A stretch of DNA of 21,932 nt from Candidatus Hadarchaeales archaeon (GTDB taxonomy: Archaea > Hadarchaeota > Hadarchaeia > Hadarchaeales > Hadarchaeaceae): contig JAWCLG010000014.1 of assembly GCA_038851075.1 (NCBI GenBank), positions 1 to 21,932 of the forward strand, written 5' to 3'. A program made the translations under genes and the position numbers. Positions 8,076 through 16,672 of the stretch are shown one piece after another (the first letter of the stretch is position 1; every line of letters begins with the position of its first letter). Under the pieces are notes generated by a model. That model was given only the letters and a program-made list of their open reading frames with translations, was not told where the DNA came from and ran no database searches.

Positions 8076-8996
8076 TCACCCAATCCTCGTCCTTAACACT
8101 TCGTATCCATCTTTCTCTATAGCCTTTGCCACCTTTTCCTGGAGCTCTCTCCCTGGGGTCAGCGCCACAATGTTTCCGCCGAGTCCTCCACCAGTCAGCT
8201 TTGCGCCAAGTGCGCCGTTTTTTATGGCAATATCAACGAGTTTGTCCAGCTCGGCGCAAGAGACCTCTATCTCCTGAAGCAGGCGGTGGTTCTCGTTCAT
8301 AAGCCTCCCAACCTCCCGAAGATCGTAGGAGAGCAGCGCTTTCCTTGCCTTCTGTACGAGCTCTCCGGCCTCCCTGAATATCCTGCCGTACCTGTCCGGA
8401 TACCTCTCCTTTCTTTCCTTCACACCGGCAACGGCTGCTTCCGTGTTGGCCACGAGACCGGTATTGCCCATGACTACTTCGACCGGACGACTCAAGGATA
8501 TGCGCTCTATCGGTTTTCCCTTCATAAACCACAGCAGTCCCCCGTAGGTCGCCGCGGTGTTGTCCACGCCGGATGGGTTTCCGTGATAGGCTTTTTCTCC
8601 CTCGAAGGCTATCTCGTTTATTCTGTCGTCCGAATAATCGAGCCCGAACTCATCTGAGAGGGCCCTCGCGATAGCAACGCATGATGCGGCGCTCGCGCCT
8701 ATCCCGCTGGCAGCAACAAGGTCTCCTCCCAGAGTGATATTTATTCCGCTCTTTGATGTATCCACCCCTGCCGCCCTCAGCACCCTCTCTATCGAGTCCC
8801 GCTGCTGCTCCAGCTTTTCCTCCTTATAGCCAGGGGTTGCAGGTCTTCTGTCATCGAGCTTCCATCCATTGCCCGCTTTTCTTTCCACCGTGGCAGTTGT
8901 GTACTTGTCGATGGCTGAGACTATTGAGGGAATCCCGTGCACCACGAAGTGCTCACCGAATAGAATGACCTTTCCGTAGCCTTTTCCGAATCCCAT
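8076..8996 (-). CDS. mvk: Mevalonate kinase (GHMP family)
   Basis: GKVILFGEHFVVHG, ASGIGASAA, HGNPSGVD, MNENHRLL, GAKLTGGGLGG; GGTGA RBS just upstream. Confidence 0.94.
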   Translation of the reverse strand: MGFGKGYGKVILFGEHFVVHGIPSIVSAIDKYTTATVERKAGNGWKLDDRRPATPGYKEEKLEQQRDSIERVLRAAGVDTSKSGINITLGGDLVAASGIGASAASCVAIARALSDEFGLDYSDDRINEIAFEGEKAYHGNPSGVDNTAATYGGLLWFMKGKPIERISLSRPVEVVMGNTGLVANTEAAVAGVKERKERYPDRYGRIFREAGELVQKARKALLSYDLREVGRLMNENHRLLQEIEVSCAELDKLVDIAIKNGALGAKLTGGGLGGNIVALTPGRELQEKVAKAIEKDGYEVLRTRIG

Positions 8997-9004
8997 ACCG
9001 TCAC

Positions 9005-9628
9005 CTATCTCTCGACCGCCTTTCTTATCCTCTGCAGCTCCTTCAGCATCTCTTTCTCCAGATTTTTTCCTGAGCCGAACAGAGGCCTCCCTTTCACTGT
9101 TTCGAGGATTCTGTCCCTGAGCTCTATGAAGTTATTCACCCCGAAAAGCGATGCCTCGGCTCTCCTGACTCCGGGTCCCGAGCTGCCGCCTGCCGGTCCG
9201 GTGTAGCCGGCGGTGTGCACGTCCACGGTCCCGACCCCGAACTTTCTCGATATGGGGCCCTGAACCACATCTATGGACATCACCCTCGCGTAGGGCACCG
9301 CATGCTTCATCTTCCACCAGACTCCGCGCTCGACCATTACCTCGTTCTCGGTAAGCGTGTAGAATATTGAGTCATAGTACTTTCCGATCCACCATGCGAC
9401 GAAGCAGCATATTGCGATGACGACTGATGGGGGGAAGGCGAGAAACGGCCAGTAAGTGAGGATTTCTGGGGCAAGAATCGCACCCAGCCATATCGGGGCC
9501 GACGTGATCGCGAGCAGAGGTACCGCAGTAATAGCGAGGTAGGTCCTGTAAACCCCTTTCAGATTCAGGTGGGGCTTGAACCTCTCAGCTTTTTTCATCT
9601 GCATCCGAGTTTTTGATTCCACCCACAT
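9005..9628 (-). CDS. Membrane protein with bacterial-type PH domain (bPH_2/YdbS-like)
   Basis: Two TM helices, then YTLTENEVMVERGVWW...VPYARVMSIDVVQGPISRKFGVGTVDVHTAG. True start probably ATG 9604 or 9598. Confidence 0.85.
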   Translation of the reverse strand: MWVESKTRMQMKKAERFKPHLNLKGVYRTYLAITAVPLLAITSAPIWLGAILAPEILTYWPFLAFPPSVVIAICCFVAWWIGKYYDSIFYTLTENEVMVERGVWWKMKHAVPYARVMSIDVVQGPISRKFGVGTVDVHTAGYTGPAGGSSGPGVRRAEASLFGVNNFIELRDRILETVKGRPLFGSGKNLEKEMLKELQRIRKAVER

Positions 9629-9665
9629 CTATTTAACTTTTTGAATGGAAAGTTTTGGGATTGAA

Positions 9666-10649
9666 ATGGAACTGTTGACTGCCAGCGCCGGAAGCTACCC
9701 TAAGATAGGTGAGGGACAGGAGAGGCAGCTGCATCGCCAGGCATATGCCAGGTGGGAAAAGGGAGAGATATCGGATGAGGAATTTGAACGTATCCAGGAT
9801 CAGGTCACATCCGAGGTTATAAGGGAGCAGGTCAGGGCAGGACTCGACATAGTCACAGACGGGCAGATCAGATGGTATGATCCGATTTCCCATATCGCCA
9901 GAAAACTTGAGGGATGCGAAATAAACGGGTTGCTCAGGTTCTTCGACACTAATTTTTACTTCAGGCAGCCCGTCATCACCGGAAAGATAACCGGTAAAAA
10001 ACCAGTTCTGAGGCGGGAGTTTGAGTACGCTGCCCGGGTATCCCCGAAGCAGGTTAAGCCGGTGATAACTGGCCCTTACACCCTTGCTCGGCTTTCCATA
10101 GACCGCAGGGGGGTGGGTCTGGAGAGAATAGTGGACGAGTTCTCCGAGGTCATCTCTAAAGAGGTCGCGGAGCTTGCGGATGCGGGAGCGAGGTTGGTTC
10201 AGATAGACGAGCCAGCGATAATTGAGAATCCTGAAGACATATGTCTCCTGGATTCAGCGCTCGGGCGCATTTCAAGGGCGAAGAAAAACGCGGGCATAAT
10301 TCTCCACCTGTACTTCAGCGACGTGACTTACATCTATGATGAGCTGCTCGAGCTTCCGGTGGACGGACTGAGCTTCGATTTCACCTACGGAAGGGGGCTT
10401 GAGGATGAGATCGCGGATACCGGATGCGAGAAGGACCTTGGACTCGGCCTGATAGACGGCAGGAACACGAGGATTGAGGACGCGAATGATGTGTACACAC
10501 GGGCTGCAAAGGCGCTGAGCGGATTCGGCGGAAAACGCGCTTATCTGAGTCCATCCTGCGGTCTCGAGTATCTTCCCAGAGAGGTTGCTTACAGGAAGCT
10601 GGAGAACATGGTCGCTATTTCAAAGATGTTGAAGGAGGAGATAGTTTGA
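9666..10649 (+). CDS. Split cobalamin-independent methionine synthase, non-catalytic N-terminal-half-like subunit
   Basis: GSYPK, AGLDIVTDGQIRWYD, RFFDTNFYFRQP, KPVITGPYTLA, VQIDEPA, LSPSCGLEYLP. Lacks the Zn-binding HxC (has HLY). ATG 9666 preferred over 9645. Confidence 0.85.
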   Translation: MELLTASAGSYPKIGEGQERQLHRQAYARWEKGEISDEEFERIQDQVTSEVIREQVRAGLDIVTDGQIRWYDPISHIARKLEGCEINGLLRFFDTNFYFRQPVITGKITGKKPVLRREFEYAARVSPKQVKPVITGPYTLARLSIDRRGVGLERIVDEFSEVISKEVAELADAGARLVQIDEPAIIENPEDICLLDSALGRISRAKKNAGIILHLYFSDVTYIYDELLELPVDGLSFDFTYGRGLEDEIADTGCEKDLGLGLIDGRNTRIEDANDVYTRAAKALSGFGGKRAYLSPSCGLEYLPREVAYRKLENMVAISKMLKEEIV

Positions 10650-11644
10650 GCGAAAAGCTGGTAAAACTCGGGCTCAGGCTCCCCCTGTTACCGACGACAA
10701 CGGTTGGCAGCTTTCCGAAACCTCAGTACCTTGTTGAGGCGAGAAAGAAGCATGCCTCAGGGGGAATCGATTCCAAGAAGCTTCGCGAACTTGAGGAAAG
10801 GGCTACACGGGAGTGGATTTCGGTTCAGGAAAAGATAGGTCTCGATGTTCTGGTGGACGGCGAGATGTACCGCGGGGACATGGCCACGTACTTTGCGGAG
10901 AACATGGATGGATTCGGCATAAGCGGCCTCGTGCGAAGCTACGGGAACAGGTACTATCGAAAGCCGGTGATTAGGGGAGAGGTCAAATGGAGGGGCCCAA
11001 TAACCGTTGACTGGTGGAAGTTCGCACAAAGCCTGACCGAAAAGCCGGTAAAGGGAATGATAACCGGGCCCTACACTATGATGGACTGGTCTTTCAACGA
11101 GTACTATCCCAGTCGCGAGGACGCATGCCTTGCGATTGCCGGGTGCCTGCATGAGGAGGTGAAGGCGCTGGCAAAGGCGGGGGCAAAGATAATACAGATT
11201 GATGAGCCTGCGATATCAGCCAGACCCGATGAGCTGTTAGAGTTTGCCGTGGAAGCGATGAGGACGGTGATCAGGGGTGTGGACGCGTACTTCATCACCC
11301 ACATATGTTACGGTGCTTTTGAGTTCATATATCCGGACATGCTGGAGCTTCCGGTGGACAACTTTGACCTGGAAACCTCGAACTCAAATCTGGACCTTGT
11401 GGATCTCTTCAGAAGACATCCGTTCACGAAGGACATATCGTTCGGTGTCGTTGATGTGCACTCCCACGTGGTCGAGGATAAGGGCACCGTCGAGTCCCGA
11501 ATAAGAAAGGCGCTGGATGTGGTTTCTAGGGAGCGTCTGTGGATAGACCCCGACTGCGGGCTCAAGACCAGGAGCGTTGAGGAATCAATAGAGAAGCTGC
11601 AGGTCATGGTGGATGCAACGAGAGCCGTCAGGGAATCAATTTAA
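10646..11644 (+). CDS. metE: Cobalamin-independent methionine synthase, catalytic (Zn) subunit
   Basis: LPTTTVGSFPKP, VLVDGEMYRGDM, RSYGNRYYRKP, KGMITGPYTMMDWS, IQIDEPA, THICYG, DLE, IDPDCGLKTR. TTGA overlap with the upstream gene and GGAGG RBS. Confidence 0.92.
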   Translation: MSEKLVKLGLRLPLLPTTTVGSFPKPQYLVEARKKHASGGIDSKKLRELEERATREWISVQEKIGLDVLVDGEMYRGDMATYFAENMDGFGISGLVRSYGNRYYRKPVIRGEVKWRGPITVDWWKFAQSLTEKPVKGMITGPYTMMDWSFNEYYPSREDACLAIAGCLHEEVKALAKAGAKIIQIDEPAISARPDELLEFAVEAMRTVIRGVDAYFITHICYGAFEFIYPDMLELPVDNFDLETSNSNLDLVDLFRRHPFTKDISFGVVDVHSHVVEDKGTVESRIRKALDVVSRERLWIDPDCGLKTRSVEESIEKLQVMVDATRAVRESI

Positions 11645-11674
11645 CAGCAAAAATAATGAGGAAGAAATGAGCGA

Positions 11675-13471
11675 ATGTCGGTAAAAACTGTTGGAGCGGT
11701 TCTCCTGGCCGGGATGCTGATCCTCGTCGTCGCGTTTCTCTTTATGAGTGCGGCTTTTCAAAAAGAGGTAAAGTTCGTCGAGGCGGTCAGCTATACAAGG
11801 CTTGAGACGGATGTGCTCTGGGATGGGAGCGCAAGATGCAGGTATGTCGTATGGCAGCCACCCTCCTACATCTCTTCATTCAATAAACTGATGGTGCAGA
11901 GGATAGGCGAGGATATAATCGCAAGCTCGTACGAAGAGAGCATAAGGAAATATTATGCGATGATGGGCTTTGAGATTGAGAACTTTTCATGCGATATATC
12001 GGGTATGGGGGAGAATGATAACTTCACGCTCACTTTCACGTGGACTGTCCCATTCTTTGCGAGGTGGAACGGGGAATCATGGGAGATCGAGCTTGACTGG
12101 GTCAACAGGGAGCTGGGCGCGGAAGACGCCATATCTGAGGGTGATTCGGAGTGGATTTTCATCAGGAGTCTGGCCAGAGGATCCGGGTGTGATTTTGGAG
12201 TCCATGTTTCGTATTCTACCGATTTTACTTTTCTCCCCGAAGGAGCGGAAAACGTTCGGCTTTCTTCAGACTACCACAGTTATGCGGATTACGGCGGAGG
12301 GTCTTATTCCGAGAGTTTTGTCTGGCTGCAGGAAGTGGACGGCAGAAGCGTCTTCGTTGATAATATGATTTCATTCACGGCCACCGAGAATGAGATGACC
12401 ATAACGGTGGACCAGATGCTTGCGGAATTTGCACCATCTTCAGTGTCTTATTCCGGTCAGGCTCCGGCCGGCTGGTCTTTTATGTATTCGCTTGAGTGGC
12501 CCAGGCTGGACCTCAAATACGGGCGCCCCCTGATGGAGAACTATCCGGTCAGACTGAATGGCACGTGGTACAGCATGACTCCCGCGCAGATACTTCGCTG
12601 CTCAGCCAAGTTTCTGCTGGACATATACAGCGGAGATGAGTTTTCAGCCCCTCAGCCCCCTGCCGCGGCAGAATGGCCGGGGCAGGAGGAAGGCGACTGG
12701 GAGACTTTTTGGAGTGAGCTGAGCAGAGAAGAGTATATATCGCTGGCCGCCCAGGCGTCGACCTGCGAGGTAATCCCGGAATGGTTCGACGCTCCGGTTG
12801 GCAGGATGAGACCGTCCGACCTCCTCTACACCTTCCTGAGGGTTATCTCTGAGTATAGAAAGTCGGGCTCGCTCCCTGACATGATCAATATCGCCCCGGT
12901 TCCGAGTGGTGAGGTGAGGTGGGGATCAAACAGAATTGGAGCGGACAACGCCTATTACCTTTTGTCGGACCCATACGTTGTCGTTGACGGGAGGAGAGCT
13001 CTTGAGGTTCTGGACAACTTAATCGACAATCTGGACAACAGAAAACTCGTGGAGGAGATCTGCAACTGGACCGGGTCGAACATAAGCTACGGGCTGTACT
13101 TCAGGCCTCCGACTTCCGAGGAGATGCTGGGGACCAGGCGCGGGCAGTGCAGGGACTTCACAAACGTTTATCTTGCCCTTTCCAGAAGCGCGGGAATACC
13201 TGCCAGGAGGATCTCGGGATGGATAACCTCAAGCTGGCAACCGCCGGCAGGATGGGAATTTGTTGTGACGACCACGCCAGATGGAAGGACGGTGTCCAGC
13301 CACGCCTGGGTGGAGGCGTTTGTGCCCGGGGAGGGATGGATTCCGCTTGAGCCACAGTCAAACCGTCCGGCTCTCTTTGTGGGTGAGCTGCCCTACGATA
13401 TTTACAGGAGCACCGAGCAGACATGGATTGGCGCGCTTGCCGGGTATGAAACGGCAGAGGGCCTTCTTTGA
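11675..13471 (+). CDS. Membrane-anchored transglutaminase-like cysteine protease-fold protein with pseudomurein-binding-repeat-like module
   Basis: N-terminal TM; GQCRDFTNVYLALSRSAGIPARRISG, SHAWVEAFVPGEGWIPLEP (Cys-His-Glu); PMBR-like SDLLYTFLRVISEYRKSGSLPDMINI. Confidence 0.85.
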   Translation: MSVKTVGAVLLAGMLILVVAFLFMSAAFQKEVKFVEAVSYTRLETDVLWDGSARCRYVVWQPPSYISSFNKLMVQRIGEDIIASSYEESIRKYYAMMGFEIENFSCDISGMGENDNFTLTFTWTVPFFARWNGESWEIELDWVNRELGAEDAISEGDSEWIFIRSLARGSGCDFGVHVSYSTDFTFLPEGAENVRLSSDYHSYADYGGGSYSESFVWLQEVDGRSVFVDNMISFTATENEMTITVDQMLAEFAPSSVSYSGQAPAGWSFMYSLEWPRLDLKYGRPLMENYPVRLNGTWYSMTPAQILRCSAKFLLDIYSGDEFSAPQPPAAAEWPGQEEGDWETFWSELSREEYISLAAQASTCEVIPEWFDAPVGRMRPSDLLYTFLRVISEYRKSGSLPDMINIAPVPSGEVRWGSNRIGADNAYYLLSDPYVVVDGRRALEVLDNLIDNLDNRKLVEEICNWTGSNISYGLYFRPPTSEEMLGTRRGQCRDFTNVYLALSRSAGIPARRISGWITSSWQPPAGWEFVVTTTPDGRTVSSHAWVEAFVPGEGWIPLEPQSNRPALFVGELPYDIYRSTEQTWIGALAGYETAEGLL

Positions 13472-13489
13472 GGAGTTTGCGGGGTTCCT

Positions 13490-14227
13490 ATGGATTGGGA
13501 AACCTGGAAGCCATGGTATGATAAAATTGTTCTGCAGCTTGGCATCAACAGGAAAGCCGATGAAGAAGCTGCCAGAGTGCTGAACAGCCTGTTACCCGAG
13601 CCGGATCTTGACGGCATCAGAAATCTGCTGAGCGGCAGAGAATGTGTTGTTTTTGGAGCGGGTCCATCTCTGGAGAAAAATCTGGAAAAAATAAGCAAGA
13701 CGCGTCTGTTCAGAAAAACCATTATCTCGGCTGATGGTGCCACAACTGCCGTGATGAGGCACAGAACACCTGAGATAATAGTTACAGACCTGGACGGGAA
13801 GGTGGACGATCAGATAAATGCTTGGAAGCACGGGGCGTGGCTGGTGATTCACGCACATGGTGACAACATTAAGCGTGTTTCTGAAATTGTCCCAAAATTA
13901 GGGGAGCGCGTCATAGGCACAACTCAGGTCAGACCTTTTGGAAAGCTCTTCAACTTTGGTGGATTTACGGACGGGGACCGCGCGGTTTTCATGGCGCGCT
14001 GGCTTGGGGCATCGAGGATATATCTCGCCGGTATGGATCTGGGGGTGAAGATAGGGAGATACTCTGGAAACAAGGATCCGAGACGAAAGTCCATCAAGTT
14101 GAGGATATGTGAGGAGCTGCTGGAATGGTTGAAAGAGCTTGGAACAAATATTGTTGATCTGACCAGAGCGCAGAGCAAGCCCACGGCGGATATCTCAGCG
14201 GGTGTACGGTGTCTAGTAAAAAAATGA
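13490..14227 (+). CDS. mptE: 6-hydroxymethyl-7,8-dihydropterin pyrophosphokinase (archaeal MptE, DUF115)
   Basis: WKPWYDKI, VFGAGPSL, ISADGAT, IVTDLDG, IHAHGDN, IGTTQ, NFGGFTDGDRA, LAGMD. Confidence 0.92.
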   Translation: MDWETWKPWYDKIVLQLGINRKADEEAARVLNSLLPEPDLDGIRNLLSGRECVVFGAGPSLEKNLEKISKTRLFRKTIISADGATTAVMRHRTPEIIVTDLDGKVDDQINAWKHGAWLVIHAHGDNIKRVSEIVPKLGERVIGTTQVRPFGKLFNFGGFTDGDRAVFMARWLGASRIYLAGMDLGVKIGRYSGNKDPRRKSIKLRICEELLEWLKELGTNIVDLTRAQSKPTADISAGVRCLVKK

Positions 14228-14342
14228 ACTCGTAAATGATGTCTTGGTTTCTCCGGGCTTTTCAAGGAATTAAGCTGGGCAGAGGAACGTACCTAAATTT
14301 TTTATTCTGTGAGGTTGACATATACATGTGGATAAACTAAAA

Positions 14343-16601
14343 ATGAGCAGTATAAAAAAATTTTTTGTTATCTCGACTCTCAGCGTTTTAGTTACTGTAT
14401 TCTGCGTGTTAGCATATCTCCATTTCACTGGACAGCCTCAGAACAGATGTCCGGTCGCTTTTTTCAGTTATTTGCCTGAGTCCCCAACAACCGGGGACGT
14501 TGTTCGGTTCACGGAGAATTCTACAGATCCTGATGGGGAAGTTTTTCTCTGGCATTGGGATTTTGGAGATGGTACAACCTCTGATGTACAAAATCCGACG
14601 CACATTTATTCAACACCAGGATTTTACGTCGTAACGCTAACGGTCGAAGACAGCAAAGGAGCGAGAAACAGTTACACGCTGGTTTTGGAGGTTAGAGGTT
14701 CGGAGACTCCTCAGGATAATGATTCAGGTCGGCCTCCAACAGAAAATCAGGGAGCTGAAGGTTCGGAGACTCCTCAGGATAATGATTCAGGTCGGCCTCC
14801 AACAGTAAATCAGGAAAAAACTTTTCAAAATTTTGAGGAAGGAAACGGAACTCCGGGGGCATATTTCCAGAATATCTGGCACACTGCTTCAAGTTTTGAG
14901 AGTTTACTGGTCCACAGTGGCTCCAGGTCGATTAAAGTAACAACAGATGTTGGTGGAGGAACAATAAGAATCATGGCTGCTTCTCCTTCAGGATATTTCA
15001 ACTTGGAGAATGTGAGTGCTATAAGCGTATGGATTTATGATACGCAGGGAAATAACACCGTCCAGCTTAGATTAAAGGATATAGATGGTGACGGAGGACG
15101 CGGACCCGATGAAAATTATATATGGTCAACAATGACTTCCCGCGAAAACCAGTGGGCCAAAATAACATGGGACATGAGCTACTATCCAGATGTGGAAGGT
15201 CTGGACATGGATAAGATCTCTTCCATCGAATTATACATGTATTGGAATGGTACTTACTATTTTGACGATGTAACTTTCCTAGAATCCGGAACGGTCGAGG
15301 TCTGGATAAGCTCAGAGGATGGGAAATACAAGCTCACCAAGGTCAGGAATAAATCATTTGAAGAGGTAGGCAATTCTCAAGCGGATTATATCTTCGGCGT
15401 GGATCCGACAGTTACCTATCAATCAATACTGGGGTTTGGGTCATCTCTGGAATCATCGTCCTGCTATAATATGTCACTATTGAACAGTTCAACACGGGAA
15501 AGTGTAATCGAAAATTTGGTCAGTCCGGATACCGGTATTGGTATGAACTTGATGCGCATCTGCATAGGGACCTCAGATTTCACTGGAGAGGAATGGTACA
15601 CTTATGATGACATGCCAGAGGGACAAATCGATCCAAATCTTGAACACTTCTCGATAGCCAAGGACAGGGAGTATATAATTCCTGCTATAAAGATAGCGCT
15701 TCAGAAGAACCCAGAGTTGAAGGTATTTGCGTCTCCCTGGAGTCCGCCAGCGTGGATGAAGGATAGCAAGAGCATAACTGGAGGCGGAAGTTTGCTTAGA
15801 GAATATTACGAGGTTTATGCCAGATACTTCGTGAAGTTTATAAGAGCTTACGAAGCCGAGGGAATTCCAATATATGCCGTAACGGTCCAGAATGAGCCCG
15901 GATTCGAATGGGTCCACCCCACGTGTAAGTGGACGCTGGAAAACGAGAGGGATTTTGTGAAATATTATCTGGGCCCAGCTTTTGAGAGAGAGGGAATCTC
16001 TACAAAGATCTGGATATACGATTGGAACTTTGACCTCTATACGTGGCCTGACGAAATACTGGACGATGTGGAAGCGGCTCGTTACATAGATGGCACGGGA
16101 TTTCATCATTATGGGGGCGGTCCGGTTGCTATGACCTATCTGCATCAAAATCATCCGGACAAGCACATCTACTTCACAGAGGGCTCGACCTTTAACACTT
16201 CCGGGGCTGTTAAGATAATAAGCTATCTGAGAAACTGGGCCAGAAGCTACAATGCGTGGGTGACTCTGCTAGATGAAGATGGAAAACCAAATAACGGACC
16301 ATTTCATGCAAGCCCAACGTGTATAGTTCTCAGAAAAGATATGACCCTGAACTACAGGTATGATTATTATATGTACGGGCAGTTCATGAAGTTTATTTCT
16401 CGAAACTCGCTCAGGATATTTTCTAACGATGGGGATCAGACAGTTTCAAATGTGGCATTTAAGACACCAGATAAAAAAATAGTGTTTGTTATAGCCAATG
16501 CTGGAGATTCATCAAAATGTTTTAAAATAATTTACGCGAACAAGGCAATCTGGGCAAGCATAGCTCCCAAATCTGTAATCACCTTCAGATGGGATTTTTA
16601 A
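14343..16601 (+). CDS. Membrane-anchored PKD + carbohydrate-binding-like + glycoside hydrolase family 30 protein
   Basis: TM helix; PKD (STDPDG, WDFGDG, NPTHIYSTPGFYVVTLTVED); jelly-roll CBM-like segment ending GTYYFDDV; GH30 motifs YQSILGFG, RICIGTSDF, FASPWSPPAWMK, VTVQNEP (acid/base), YFTEG (nucleophile). ATG 14343 or GTG 14328. Confidence 0.92.
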   Translation: MSSIKKFFVISTLSVLVTVFCVLAYLHFTGQPQNRCPVAFFSYLPESPTTGDVVRFTENSTDPDGEVFLWHWDFGDGTTSDVQNPTHIYSTPGFYVVTLTVEDSKGARNSYTLVLEVRGSETPQDNDSGRPPTENQGAEGSETPQDNDSGRPPTVNQEKTFQNFEEGNGTPGAYFQNIWHTASSFESLLVHSGSRSIKVTTDVGGGTIRIMAASPSGYFNLENVSAISVWIYDTQGNNTVQLRLKDIDGDGGRGPDENYIWSTMTSRENQWAKITWDMSYYPDVEGLDMDKISSIELYMYWNGTYYFDDVTFLESGTVEVWISSEDGKYKLTKVRNKSFEEVGNSQADYIFGVDPTVTYQSILGFGSSLESSSCYNMSLLNSSTRESVIENLVSPDTGIGMNLMRICIGTSDFTGEEWYTYDDMPEGQIDPNLEHFSIAKDREYIIPAIKIALQKNPELKVFASPWSPPAWMKDSKSITGGGSLLREYYEVYARYFVKFIRAYEAEGIPIYAVTVQNEPGFEWVHPTCKWTLENERDFVKYYLGPAFEREGISTKIWIYDWNFDLYTWPDEILDDVEAARYIDGTGFHHYGGGPVAMTYLHQNHPDKHIYFTEGSTFNTSGAVKIISYLRNWARSYNAWVTLLDEDGKPNNGPFHASPTCIVLRKDMTLNYRYDYYMYGQFMKFISRNSLRIFSNDGDQTVSNVAFKTPDKKIVFVIANAGDSSKCFKIIYANKAIWASIAPKSVITFRWDF
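14696..14814 (+). repeat. Near-perfect in-frame tandem duplication (56 bp, 63-bp period)
   Basis: 14696-14751 and 14759-14814 differ at one base and encode GSETPQDNDSGRPPT(E/V)NQ twice. Confidence 0.95.
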
Positions 16602-16672
16602 ATCTGAAAGCGTTTGTCCAGGCCCAATATTATCTATTGGATTAGTCTTCAGCAGAACAGTGCGGCTGTTTT

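Noticed and set aside
9666-11644. Frameshifted metE pseudogene
   Set aside because: Clean TTGA overlap with an RBS; both halves are complete barrels and split MetE is a known arrangement.
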